Counted from the first letter of the stretch, positions 12,025 through 24,842 are shown. The stretch: 64,000 nt of DNA from Eledone cirrhosa (GCA_964016885.1 OZ024743.1:324756001-324820000); one strand, 5' to 3'. The notes: generated by a model not told the origin, from the sequence alone. A program made the numbers and translations.

Positions 12025-12720
12025 TGGATATGAGTCTGTGTGTGTGTGGTAGAGTGGGTGTTAGTATTATTGGTGGTGGGGTGGGGGTGTTGAATGCGGG
12101 TGTGTGAAGTGTGGGTTAATGGTGGTAGTGTGGGTGTGGAGTGGATGGTGTATCGGTGCGTACGTGGGTGTGGGTGAGTGTGTGTGTGACGGTATGTGTT
12201 TGTGTGTGTGTGGTGAGGGGGAAGGCGGGTTGGGGGATGTTTAGTATTATTAGTTGTGGGGTGGGCCAAGGGCAGGTGGCTGGAAGTGGAGGGGATGGTG
12301 AAACTTGGGAGTGTTTTAGTGGTGTTAATGGTGGGTGTAGAGGAGGGGAACGGTCGAAGGCTAAAGGAAGAGAGGGGGGTTTATGCCGGGGGGGGGGGGG
12401 TCTGTAGGGTGAAGATGGTGTGTTGTTCGACCGTAAGGCGGGTGGCGGGGGTCCCATGGCATTGGATCAGGCCACAGACGGTGAAGTGATGGGTGGAATG
12501 TCCAGGGGAACCGAAGTGGCGGTTGATGGGGGAGCGGAGGTTGCGCGCGCGTTTGAAGGAGAGGGGGGGTGGGGAGAGGAAGATGGGGGGCTGAAGGGGT
12601 CGGACTGGAGGCGTCAGAAGAGGGGAAGGATGGTGTGGTGGGGGGTAGGGTGGAGGGGGGGGGGGGGGCTCTCCAGATGAAATGGCTGACCAGAGACAGG
12701 GCCTGAGTCTCGAAGTCAGC
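11086..12720. repeat. GT/G-rich low-complexity tract
   Basis: Degenerate (GT)n and G-runs; the ORFs here are His/Thr/Pro-biased artefacts. Confidence 0.7.
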
Positions 12721-13283
12721 ATCTCGGCTGCAGATATATACATATATATATATATATATAGTGAAGAGACTCACGAAACACGTTTAAATTGTTGGACAAA
12801 TGTCCGGGAACCTAAAGTGACGAGAGACAGGGGAATTGTCTGCGAGTCGAATGCCACTCGGCGAAACAATTTGCTAACAGGCGCCCCACCCCATTTTTCA
12901 GAATTAAAGGGCGAGTTGTGAACCCAGTGGTCACGGAAGTTAAGAACACGCTTGAAGGAAGGGAGAGTGGGTTGGTTAAAAGGGTGAGTGGTTCAATGTA
13001 ATCGGAGAAGGCGGTGCATATGATTTTATAACGGAAAGGCTAAATATACGGGTAGTAGACAGAGCCATTTGTATGTACATTAACCTGAAGATAGCAAATA
13101 CTGTTGTTCTATTTGGATGCTATTTTTAGTGGCGGTGTAGACAACACGTCTATGTTTACTTCCGCTTTTGCTACGGACTGGTTCAAGTATAGGTCAAATT
13201 TTGGCCTCATTCGATCCTGTACTAGCTAGCAGATGGCAATACATTTTGCCGTTCCTGGGACTTTTTGTCCTAGGAAAGGAAAA

Positions 13284-13366
13284 TGATCTCTGATGAACTT
13301 CACTTTTCCATTGGAGGTCCCTTGGATTTCCAATGTTTTGTGAAGCGAAACCGATCGGTAAAAGCA
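13284..13366 (+). ncRNA. Type I hammerhead motif with extended stem II
   Basis: CTGATGA at 13290-13296; stem II CTTCAC/GTGAAG plus CATTGGA/TCCAATG; GAAA at 13347-13350; palindromic stem III ACCGATCGGT; GTA triplet. Stem I is only partly paired. Confidence 0.65.
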
Positions 13367-13553
13367 CTGGAGTGGGTAAATATTTAAATTATATTTTTTA
13401 ATTTATTTTAAAAAATTGTTTGAATTTTGCTTGTTATGCTTATCTCAATATTATAGTTCTGGTATGTCAAATTAATACCATTGAACAACCCTGTATCATA
13501 GACAACCTATATATTTCCAGGGGTACTTAGTACCCGTGGGCATATTAACTTCA

Positions 13554-13605
<52 letters not shown>

Positions 13606-13859
13606 CAGCGAGAATCGTATTTCGGCTGGTAGAAAATGCGAAACGAAACGCAAAATCATAGAAATGCTGGCAAGCGCTCCAATAGTTAAAAAAACTAGAC
13701 CTAAACAATAAGTTAAAACGCCATACAAACTGAAAAAGTGGTTAAGAAGGCATTAACCACCTAAGCCAAAAAACAAATCAAGCTAAACAGGTCAAACAAA
13801 ATAAATGATAAAAACCGACCTGGACTCAAATGGAATTGGTGGCAAAATCCAAATGTAGG

Positions 13860-13950
13860 GTTTCTATGACACCTAAATGAATAATACTGTCTGCTTAAAA
13901 TTATAAGCTTTCACCATAAAGATCGAACAAGGAATACCACGTTATCAACA
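13860..13950 (+). pseudogene. Possible relic of a Penelope-like GIY-YIG endonuclease region
   Basis: Hand translation with a frameshift gives NYK-SFHHKDRTRNTTLS, resembling the NH..SF......T.LS segment of PLE endonucleases. Confidence 0.3.
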
Positions 13951-14184
13951 GGTAATTTAGCTCTGTAACCAATTTTGCGAGTGACGCAGAAGTTAGTAAA
14001 CGCACATGCGTAAGTCATATAAATAAATATATATAATTCTTATGGTTTATGTGAAGTGTGCAAGAGGAAAAAAATCAAAAACTACACATCTGTATATTTT
14101 AGCCTGAACTGATCATAAAAGTCAATTTACCTTCCTTCTCATAAATCCTGAATAAAATGATTTACTTAGTTACTCCCGCTCCCT

Positions 14185-14253
<69 letters not shown>

Positions 14254-14327
14254 TATCCCTCGCACCCTTCTTTTTTGTCGGTCTGTCTATCTCTCTGTTT
14301 GACACACACACACACTCTCTCTCTCTC

Positions 14328-14386
<59 letters not shown>

Positions 14387-14488
14387 ATTTATCCATTTAT
14401 CTACCAATCTATTTGTCTCTCTTCCCGCTCTCTTTTTGTACATTTATATATCACTGTTTGTTGCTATCTCTCTCTGTCTATCTCTTTC

Positions 14489-14558
<70 letters not shown>

Positions 14559-14926
14559 TGTCAAGCTACTCTCTACTTACCACGATGATCTACACATACC
14601 TAAATACTCCTCGAAATGTTAATGATTATATGAAGATAGTAAACATGTTATGTCACTAACAAACTCTCTCTCTCTCTCTCTCTCTATCTATCTCTCTCCT
14701 CCTCCTCCTCCTCTCTCTCTCCCTCTCTCATCTGTGACAAGAGATGGTGCAGTTTATGAGAAAAGAGGTAGTAAAATATGGCAAAATGGAACACATTACC
14801 CAAAAAACTAAAGGATTCACCCGTCCCTTACCAAATATTTCTGGGAATATAATCAAGGTTTGGTTCACTTACGAAACATTGGGAAAGTTGAGATTTGAAA
14901 ATATAGTCGCTAGAATGCAGATAACT

Positions 14927-15322
14927 ATAATAATTGTTTCTACATTTGACACAAGGCCAGCAATTTGAAGGAAAGTGCGTGACTGGTACTTTATTTATCG
15001 ACCCCGTAAGGATAAAAAGCAAAGCTACCCTCGGCGGCATTTGAACTCAGATCGTAAAGGGTCATAACTCTATGCCGCTAAGCATGTTGTCCGATGCTCT
15101 ACCGATTCTGCCAATCCACCGGCCTCAGATAACTATAATTGTTTCTATTTTTGGCACAAGGCCAGCAATTATTCCAGTGCATTACTGGTACTTTATTTTA
15201 TTGACCCCGTAAGGATGAAAGGCAAAGTTAACCTCGGCAGGATTTGAACTCAGACCATAAAGGACGTAACTCTCTGCTGGAAAGCATGGCGTCCGACCCT
15301 CTACCGATACTGTCAATCCATC
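14927..15322 (-). mobile_element. Two tandem OR-like/Meta SINE copies (14927-15126 and 15136-15322)
   Basis: Same B-box, core and 3' end as the 9611 copy; the second copy lacks the central GTCGAT hairpin segment. Confidence 0.8.
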
Positions 15323-15736
15323 AACTATAATAATAGTTGACAACTATGAATAATAGTTGAATAAATGGGGTAAAGAAACCCAGTAAACTGGACAAAAAGG
15401 TATCATCTACATGGTGGAGACTATTTTAATTTTAATTTTCTAGGAATGTATCTTAGAGTATCGTGTAAGGAAGAAAGTAGAGAGCGGGAGAATGGTGAAG
15501 AGAGAGGGAGAGAGGAGGGAAGAGAACGATAAATAGTCCGAAAAAAGGGAGGAAAGAGAAAGATAAATAGTCGGAGAGAGAAAAAGTGAGAAGAGAAAGA
15601 GGAGAGAAAGGAAAAGATAAATAATCAGTGAGAAAGGAGAAGAAAAAGATAAATAATCAGAGACAAGAAGAGAGAGAGGAGGGAGTAAAAGTGTGAGGGA
15701 GTAAGAGAGAGGGGGTGAGGGAGTAAGAGAGAGGGG

Positions 15737-15821
<85 letters not shown>

Positions 15822-16057
15822 AGCATATAGAAGTAAGCAGTCGAAGGTGGTATAAGTAAAACAATAATAGAGTTATTTCACCGTCTGATGAGACAACAGC
15901 TCCTGTATCCGAAGAGGAGTACAGTAACACCTTCAGCACAGATCTGTGTTTATCAAACATTACTCTGTAGTTCATAGACATTTTAAAGTAGTGAGTCCAA
16001 CTATTACAACTTATTAAGGGGCTGTGAACAAGGATTAGCGAAAAAAAATGTAGACAC

Positions 16058-16410
16058 AGCAGGGTTTAATGGTTAAGATGTTCTCTTCTAATCCAAGGGT
16101 CCCAGTTTCGATCCCTCTGCGTGACATCTTCAGAAAATGTCATTTACATTAACTTCGAGTAAACCCAAACCTTATGAGTGAAATTGAGTTGACAGAAGCT
16201 GTTTGGAGACCCGTTGACTTGTGTGTACCTACAGTCCAAAGGGCCAGATGTGTCACACTTTGTGTCACGCTGAATGAAACTGGTAAATATGTTATGGTTA
16301 CACGTGTCTGTGGAATGCTCACCTACTTGCATGTTAATTTCGCAAACAAGATGCTTCGGTGATCAAACAACTGGAACAATCTTCGTTGAAGACGAAGGAG
16401 ATTCATTCGA
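16058..16410 (+). mobile_element. Older tRNA-derived SINE (second family)
   Basis: A/B-box-like head (TTTAATGGTTAAG...GTTTCGATCC); 3' body shared with 33412-33695, 33915-34245 and 53170-53250. Confidence 0.6.
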
Positions 16411-16484
16411 ATGAAAGAAATCTGTACATGACGTTTTCGCTCAACATGAGAGGAAATGCAGTCAAACAGTGAGTCATGGTGGTT

Positions 16485-16690
16485 TTAGATTTAGACACAA
16501 GCCCAATAATTTTGGGGGTGGGGTGGGGTCGATTAAATCGATCCTAGTCGGTTACTGGTACTTTATTTCATCGATCCCGTAAGGATGAAAAGCAAAGCTA
16601 ACCTCGGCGGTATTTCAACTCAGGACATAAAGAGACGTAACTCTATGCTGCAAAAGATGTCCACCGATCCACCGATACTGCCATTCCATT
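16485..16690 (-). mobile_element. OR-like/Meta SINE
   Basis: Shares the core and head of the 9611 copy. Confidence 0.75.
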
Positions 16691-16951
16691 GCCATAACGG
16701 TGAGATACAGTATAAATGAAAGACTAACTGGACATGCCAGTGGCACAGTTTGTTGCTATAGCAAGCTTCAGCCCCCTCTCTACTTGAAAAACCGTCTCTA
16801 AACATCTAAACACACATAGAACAAACAAACCACAACGCTTCTACCGACCACAACGATGGATCTCAGTCGGTTTTAACGATGAATGTTTCAATCGTTTGAT
16901 CGATGGAATAATCTATTCATGAAATTAACACAGAGAATTATGGGGAAGGTT

Positions 16952-17520
16952 AGTGGCACAGGGGCACAGTGGTACTGTGACACAGTGGAACAGTAACACA
17001 GGGACGCAGTTACACAGTGGCACAGTGGAATAGTGGCACCGTGGCACAGTGTTACCATGACAGTGGAATGGAGGCACAGTGGGTCAGTGGCGCCATGATA
17101 TAGTGTCACAGTGACACAGTGGTACAGTGGCACAGTGGCTCAGTGGAGCAAAGGCACAATGAAACCATGACACCATGACACAGTGGCACAATGGCACAGT
17201 GGAACAGTGGCACAGTGGCACAGTGACACAGTGGAACAGTGGGACAGTGGTACAGTGGCACAGTGGCACAGCAAACAGTGGCACAGTGGAACAGTGACAC
17301 AGTGACACAGTACCATTGTAGCACAGTGGCACAGTGACACAGTGGCACTGTGGCACAATGGAACAGTGGCACAGTGACACAGTGGCACAGTGGAACAGTG
17401 GCACAAAGGCACTATGGCAGAATGACACAGTGGCACAGTAACAGAGTAACACAGTGACACAGTGACACAGTAACACAATGACACAGTGACACAGTGGCAC
17501 TGTGACACAGTGAACAGTGA
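16952..17520. repeat. Minisatellite, 8-bp unit CACAGTGR
   Basis: Tandem cacagtgg, cacagtga and aacagtgg units read directly from the sequence. Confidence 0.92.
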
Positions 17521-17877
17521 TACCCAACGATAGGCACCTGTCAATTGTTGACATCACTTTGGTCGCTCTCAGAAGACATACGTCGATCGGTTAACAGATG
17601 ACATTGTATGTTACCAAGGTTACCAGACGAAATGGAAAATCGAGATGAATGCAGAATCAGTGTCATGCAACCTGATGGCGGTGGCGTTGATGATGCTGTT
17701 GATGACGACGACGACGATAATGATGACGACGACGATGATGATGATGAGGATGAACACGACGACGATGTGATGATGATGATGATGATCGGCGAGGGGGGGG
17801 TTACAGTGTTTACTAAAAATATGATAGTACAATAAAGTTTAACTAAAAACAAGTCTCACCAATTCCATTATTATATA

Positions 17878-18192
17878 ACGGCTTAGTGGTTAGAGTGTGG
17901 GGCTTACAATCGGGAGGTTGTGAGTTCGATTCTCGAACCGGACTTTGCATTCTTGAGCAAGATACTTTATTTCACGTTGCTACAGTTCACTCAGCTGTAG
18001 AAATGAGTTGCGACGTCACCGGTGCCAAACGGTGTCGGCATTTGCCTTTTACTTAGACAAGATCTGGGGCGCGGAGAGGGTAGACTGGTATGCATGGGCG
18101 ACTGCTGATCTTCCACAAACAACCTTGCCCGGACTTGCGCCTCATCAAGGAACTTTCCTATGGTCATTCGTGACCGAAGAGGGTCTTTACCC
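17878..18192 (+). mobile_element. tRNA-derived SINE with CORE-like domain (octopus OK-like)
   Basis: GGCTTAGTGGTTAG A-box, GAGTTCGATTC B-box, CTTGAGCAAGATACTTTA CORE-like segment; ends GGGTCTTTACCC. Confidence 0.7.
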
Positions 18193-19489
18193 ATGTCTAT
18201 AGTGGCCTAGACATACGAAATGTCAACGGAGTGAAAGTTGTAAATTTTTTATTAAAAAAGAAATACTTTTAAATTATAACTTCGTCAAACAAAGCACTAC
18301 AAAGGGAATTTTACAGAAAACAAACTCTCGTGGGACGACCACGTGATTAAAGTAAATATAAATAATTACCATGATTTCGCGGTTATTTCTATAACTCTAA
18401 TTTCACGCTAAATAGTTTTACGGCTCCTGTGATAAACACATGCCACAGGTAAACTTCAAAGGAGCGTTATTAAAACAATGGAATGAACATCAGTTTGTTT
18501 TCAAGATGAATGTTCCGGTTGTTAAATCAACAGAACCGCCTGCGAAGTAGCTGAGCATTCTACAGACAGGTATATCCATAACAATGAGATTCAGCGCAAC
18601 CCAGTGTGTGACACACCTGGACCTTTGAATTCCAGGTAAAGTCCATCGGTGTCTGAGATGGGGTGAGCTGGCCTGCTGGTCTACTAAATGTCTCAAATAG
18701 GTTGTGTCTATCATCTCTGCCGGCCAAACTCCCTCCCATGCGTCCCTGTCACGGCACTGGCTCCACCAAATTGGGTTGGGTGTGAAAGCAAGAGCTCGGC
18801 GTTATAACCGATGTACTGCTTGGATTACACTAACCTAAAGTACATATACTTGCAGCTGGGCATCGCTTGTGAAACCAATCGCCTGAAGTAACTCCATTGA
18901 AATGAACTTACACCGTGAATTCCTTCAATGGAGCCGGCTCAACCCACCCAGGCTGTACGCCACCACAAGTACAAGTAAATAAGTAGAGTCTATCAGACAA
19001 GTTTTCAAATAATTTTCATCTCGCCAATTTCAATCCTGGGGCATCAATCGATATCCGAGGCTATGGTATATGATGTTTGTCCAAGATGACAGGGCTAAGT
19101 GATCTCTTTAAATATTCGGTCATTTCTAACACAAATGAAACTCATTTATTTAAATGTTGGATGTGGAAAACATTCAATAAATGTTACTATAAATGACGAA
19201 CAGGGGTAATAGATTAGTAGAATGATAAGGGCAACAGGTTACTGGTGTGGTAGCAGTGTTTAGTTTCAATGCTATACTGTAACTATAGAATATATAGTTT
19301 CACTTATATAATTGTTTTACTGTTCTCATTCATTAGACTGCGGTCATCCTGGAGCACCACCTTAAAAGGATTGGGTCGATCATATTACTTTCGTCCAACC
19401 GGAAAGATACACCCTCTCGACCTTCTCTCTCTTGATAGAGCACATCATCCAGGATGTAACAGTTGAAAGGAAAGGAGATGCACCACCGT

Positions 19490-19617
19490 TGGACTGGTAC
19501 TTTATTTATCGACTCCGTACGGATGAAAGAAAAGCAAAGTAAACGACGGCGGGTTTTGAACTCAGAGTGCAGAGTTCCAGAACAAATACCGAACACTCTA
19601 CCGACTCTGACAAATCG
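19490..19617 (-). mobile_element. Partial, diverged OR-like/Meta SINE
   Basis: CTGGTACTTTATTTATCGAC...GGATGAAAG...TTGAACTCAGA as in the other copies. Confidence 0.65.
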
Positions 19618-19735
19618 ACTAAGTTGTTAGTAATAATAGATATACAAACTTATAGAGGGTGTTCGGACACTGATGAGGTCTCAACACAGGGTCACAACTA
19701 ATTCAACTAATCCATCATTTCTATTCACGAAGATA

Positions 19736-20890
19736 TATATATAGACAAGGTGTTTACATCTGTCTATATATGGTATTGTATATATAGACAAGGTGTTTAC
19801 ACCTGTCTATATATGATATTGTATATATAGACAGGGTGTTTACACCTGTGTATATATGATATTGTATATATAGACAATGTGTTTACATCTGTGTATATAT
19901 GGTATTGTATATATAGACAAGGTGTTTACATCTGTGTATATATGATATTGTATATATAGACAAGGTGTTTACACCTGTCTATATATGATATTGTATATAT
20001 AGACAAGGTGTTTACATCTGTGTATATATGATATTGTATATATAGACAATGTGTTTACACCTGTCTATATATGATATTGTATATATAGACAAGGTGTTTA
20101 CACCTGTGTATATATGGTATTGTATATATAGACAAGGTGTTTACATCTGTGTATATATGATATTGTATATATAGACATGGTGTTTACACCTGTCTATATA
20201 TGATATTGTATATATAGACAAGGTGTTTACACCTGTCTATATATGGTATTGAATATATAGACAAGGTGTTTACACCTGTGTATATATGGTATTGTATATA
20301 TATACAAGGTGTTTACATCTGTCTATATATGGTATTGTATATATAGACAAGGTGTTTACACCTGTGTATATATGGTATTGTATATATAGACAAGGTGTTT
20401 ACACCTGTGTATATATGATATTGTATATATAGACAAGGTGTTTACATCTGTGTATATATGGTATTGTATATATAGACAAGGTGTTTACATCTGTGTATAT
20501 ATGATATTGTATATATAGACAAGGTGTTTACACCTGTGTATATATGATATTGTATATATAGACAAGGTGTTTACACCTGTGTATATATGGTATTGTATAT
20601 ATAGACAAGGTGTTTACATCTGTGTATATATGGTATTGTATATATAGACAAGGTGTTTACATCAGTCTATATATGGTATTGTATATATAGACAAGGTGTT
20701 TACACCTGTCTAAATATGGTATTGTATATATAGACAAGGTGTTTACATCTGTGTATATATGGTATTGTATATATAGACAAGGTGTTTACATCTGTCTATA
20801 TATGATATTGTATATAGAGAGAGATGTTTACATCTGTTTATACATGATATTGTAAATATAGTCACGCTGTTTACATTTGTCTATATATTT
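19736..20890. repeat. 43-bp tandem minisatellite, about 27 units, each unit an imperfect palindrome
   Basis: Unit TAGACAAGGTGTTTACAYCTGTSTATATATGRTATTGTATATA; GACAAGG recurs at 19744 and 19787. Confidence 0.95.
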
Positions 20891-21191
20891 GGCATTAGCT
20901 AAAAACATCCCTAGACATATCCTGCAGTACAGCATAGAATCGTTAGAGCGCCAGAAAGTGTTTACCAATGTTTAGTTACGGTCCCTTACATTCTGAGTTC
21001 AAAACTCGCCAAAGTGGAGGTGGCTGACTATTCTACGGATACGTGAAACCATAATGTAATTCTCAGGGAGATTCAATGTAACATAGTGTGTGACATAGTT
21101 GGACTTTTCAAATATTCTCCAAGTACCGTTCGCTGTCCGACAGGTTTGGCACATACTCATACATACATAGATACATACATACATACATACA

Positions 21192-21385
21192 TTGGCAGTG
21201 GAGATTCTAGTGTCCTTGGCCCTAGGGCTACCTCCTTACTTACCACCATAGGCACTGAGCTGGCCAGCCGCAGGTGTGAGCTTCGCGAGATGGAATGGCT
21301 CTTCCAGCGCATCTCCTTACCATCCTCCTGGGAAACTCCTTCTCCGTTCTGTCCGCCGGGGCTGTGGGGCGGCTACCACGTGAGA
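21192..21385 (+). pseudogene. 3' fragment of a CRE-clade non-LTR retrotransposon (restriction-like endonuclease C-terminus)
   Basis: Translates to VLGPRATSLLTTIGTELASRRCELREMEWLFQRISL then, after a frameshift, ILLGN. This matches the G..GP.A..L...IG...FQR.S..I..GN pattern of CRE elements. Confidence 0.7.
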
Positions 21386-21765
21386 CCCCATTTTCTCACA
21401 ATACAGAGAGATGGAGAGGGTGAGAGAGATGGAGGCGATGACAGTGGGAATTCGGTTCTTCCGTGTTCTCCCCTCTTCTTTCCCTCATCCCCCACCCCAC
21501 ACATATCTCCCTTTTTCTCGCTCTCCCTCTCTCTGCTAGCTCCTCTATCCAGTCACCGCTACTGTACATTGTTCTTAGTTTTGACGTTGTCACCAATCGA
21601 CTCTTTGACTTCCAAAAATGTTCTTGTCTTACCATCTCCAGAGTAGAGCTCTCCATACTCCATCAACTCCGTTGTCATGACGACTTAGTCCTGATGTTTG
21701 TTTGTTTGTTTGTCTGTGTTTGTGAAGGGATTTATGTCTTTATTTACAGAAATATTTATACCTAA

Positions 21766-22013
21766 CAATAATGATTTCTGATTTAGGCACAAGGTCAGCA
21801 ATTTTGAGGGTGGAGAAAGTCGATTCAATCGAACCTAGTGCATTACTGCTGCTTTATTTTATCGACCCTATAAGGATGACAGACAGAGCTAACCTCGGCG
21901 GGATTTGATTTGAACCCAGAACGTAAAGGGCCGTAACTCTATGCTGCGAAGCATGTTGTCCGACGCTCTACCGATACTGCCAATCCTCTACCGATACTGC
22001 CAAAACTCCGCCC
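21766..22013 (-). mobile_element. Full-length OR-like/Meta SINE with a duplicated A-box segment
   Basis: Family core present; CTCTACCGATACTGCCAA occurs twice at about 21966-22003. Confidence 0.8.
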
Positions 22014-22338
22014 TAAACAACAATGAAATGAAGAATAGACGAAAAAAGAAAAGGAAATAAAATGAAAGAAGAAACTAAACAGAGAAAGGAAAGGGAACAA
22101 TGGAGGGGACGACAAACTCTACACCCCAGTCTGAGTGGTATCTCTCAACTACGTCCTGTAGGCTATCAATCTGGCTAATAATGGTGACGTACTGGGTCGT
22201 ATGGTGGAGCGGCCTCTACAGTGAGGAAGTCAATAGCCTATTGTTTTAACTACTGCTGCCGTCTAATCTCATCCCATCTACCATCGTCAGGTGTCAACCA
22301 CCCTACACGAACTGAAGGACTCCTGTCTTCTCTGTACT

Positions 22339-22434
22339 ATCATCATCATCAGCATCATCATCATCACCACCATCATCACCATCATCACCATCGCCACCAT
22401 CATCACCATCATCACCATCATCACCATCATCACC

Positions 22435-22489
<55 letters not shown>

Positions 22490-22741
22490 CTATCATCATC
22501 ACCATCATCATCATCATCACTATCATCACCATCGCCAGCATCATCACCATCATCACTATCATCACCATCGCCACCATCAGCACCATCATCACTGTCATCA
22601 CCATCGTCGCTATCATCATCATCATCACCACCATCACCATCATCATCACCATCGTCGTTATCATCACCATCATCACCATCATCACCATTGTCACTGCCAT
22701 CATCACCACCATCATCATCATCTACATGATTATTATCATCA
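22339..22741. repeat. (CAT/CAC)n trinucleotide repeat
   Basis: Read directly; gives poly-His and poly-Asp artefact ORFs. Confidence 0.95.
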
Positions 22742-22867
22742 AGTAGTTTCCCTTTGAAGTGTATTGTATGTAACCGCCGAGGTACTGTGCGGGATGAGAT
22801 AACGACAGATGAACAAACATTGGATAACATAACGAGATTTTGAAATACTGGAATATAGATAAGCTAA

Positions 22868-23319
22868 ATGTATGTATGTATGTATGTATGTATGTATGTA
22901 TGTATGTATGTATGTATGTATGTATGTATGTGTGTGTGTATGTATGTGTGTGTGTATGTGTGTATGTATGTGTGTATGTATGTATGTATGTATGTATGTA
23001 GGTAGGTAGGTATGTATGTATGTATGTATGTGTGTGTGTATGTATGTGTGTGTGTATGTGTGTATGTATGTGTGTATGTATGTATGTATGTATGTAGGTA
23101 GGTAGGTATGTATGTATGTGTGTATGTAGGTACGAATGTATGTATGTGTGTATGTGTGTATGTATGTATGTATGTATGTATATATGTATGTATGTAGGTA
23201 GGTAGGTATGTATGTATGTGTGTATGTAGGTACGAATGTATGTATGTGTGTATGTGTGTATGTATGTATGTATGTATGTATGTATGTATGTATGTATGTA
23301 TGTATGTATGTATGTATGT
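22868..23319. repeat. Compound (TATG)n microsatellite (also at 23925-24410, 30575-30800 and 31188-31462)
   Basis: Read directly from the sequence. Confidence 0.95.
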
Positions 23320-23925
23320 CAGGTCACCAGTTGGTGCTACTGGTAACATGTATCCCAGTACAACCTGTCCCATGGTCGGGTCGTTGGCGACTAAACTGGC
23401 AACCCCACCAAGGTTTCTTGGTGAGGAGGGTGACTTTGGACATCCTGCAGGACTAAAAACAAAACCTGTCAAAGGGCAAAGGAGCTCTTAAGAGTCAATG
23501 GCCATCCAAAATCACCGGGAGAGATGACCCCTTAGCCTTTGTCACGGCAGAATTCTAGGAGAAGGAAAACTCTGATATAACACCTGCAACCCTGATGGTA
23601 TCCAATGATGTTGACTTGTTCTTCTTTTTGGTAAATATCATCTTGGTTAAGAGAGTGGGACTGGCTTTGTGCAGTGCCTTTGCTCACTATAAAAGCTTCA
23701 CAGCACAGGCATTGCTTTATATCTGGAGATCTCTCTGCTTGTCGTCACATGGTACCATGGGCCCAGCACTATGTGTCAATAATTGTCACAAGTGTAGTGT
23801 TTGTACCAGAGTTTTCAAGTCGCTGGCTGGACTAAAAAGTCACACTCGTTCAGCGCATCAGTAGGGGTTCTCCTACATGGATATAAAGTAGTGGCCGTAC
23901 TCGAAAACGAGTTGGCAGCCACCAT
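23320..23925 (+). mobile_element. Non-autonomous RTE-derived element (about 600 bp) in (TATG)n, longest copy
   Basis: Near-identical copies at 25415, 30805 and 46829. The 3' part encodes CSVCTRVFKSLAGLKSHTR, an RTE-type C-terminal C2H2 finger, followed by a stem-loop and (ATGT)n tail. Confidence 0.75.
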
Positions 23926-24407
23926 GTATATATGTATGTATGTATATATGTATGTATGTATGTGTGTATGTATGTATGTATGTATATATGTATGTATGTA
24001 TATATGTATGTATATATGTATGTATGTATGTGTGTATGTAGGTACGAATGTATGTATGTGTGTATGTGTGTATGTATGTATGTATGTATGTATGTATGTA
24101 TGTATGTATGTATGTAGGTAGGTAGGTAGGTATGTATGTATGTGTGTATGTAGGTACGAATGTGTGTATGTGTGTATGTATGTATGTATGTATGTATGTA
24201 TGTATGTATGTATGTATGTATGTATGCATGTATGTATGTACGTATGTATGAATGCGTGTATGTGTGTGTGTATGTATGTATGTATGTATGTATGTATGTA
24301 TGTATGTATGTGTGTGTGTATGTATGTAGGTACGTATGTATGTATGTATGTATGAGTGTAAGTATGTATGTAGGTATATATGTACAAATGTATGTATGTA
24401 TGTATGC

Positions 24408-24472
<65 letters not shown>

Positions 24473-24778
24473 ACCTGAGCCCCCCCCCCCCCCTTCCCTT
24501 GTTTGAAGAACTTTGTAACGCGAACTGGCGCGAAATTTATTATAATTATTGACCAACCAATCAAATTACTTCTCGAAAAACCTGGCATTTCGAGCCACTT
24601 TTTTTCCATATAAAACAAGTAACATTCAGTGACCAACCAGATGTGAGAAAAACCACAGACCCTCCATCTCAACTCTACTTTTGAAAAGCAGAAGAACTGT
24701 GAAACCGGTAAAGGAACCAAATATATATATATATGTTTAAATAAGACCCCAGTTGCATTTTCGATTTCATCTTTTTTT

Positions 24779-24842
<64 letters not shown>

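Noticed and set aside
11106-12269. 387-aa His/Thr/Pro-rich ORF
   Set aside because: Low-complexity CA-rich strand that lacks stops by composition; no recognisable domain.
13085-13125. CTGAAGA followed by a TAGCA/TGCTA stem
   Set aside because: Lacks GAAA and an NUH site; a relic at best.
14744-14968. 74-aa ORF as a host exon
   Set aside because: It runs into a SINE tail and has no recognisable homology or clear acceptor.
15885-15925. CTGATGA possible hammerhead, or a host exon
   Set aside because: No paired stem II, GAAA or stem III, and no convincing splice sites or homology.
17084-17557. Cys/His-rich metallothionein-like ORFs
   Set aside because: Products of the 8-bp CACAGTGR minisatellite, seen in all three frames.
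17878-17945. tRNA gene
   Set aside because: A and B boxes continue into a SINE body with no acceptor stem; the same applies to the other SINE heads.
19668-19700. CTGATGAGGTC possible hammerhead
   Set aside because: No GAAA and no stem III downstream.
19736-20890. CRISPR-like array of palindromic repeats
   Set aside because: Units are contiguous with no unique spacers, there are no cas genes, and the context is eukaryotic.
22221-22830. Poly-His / poly-Asp ORFs
   Set aside because: Translations of a (CAT)n microsatellite open in several frames; no splice or domain evidence.
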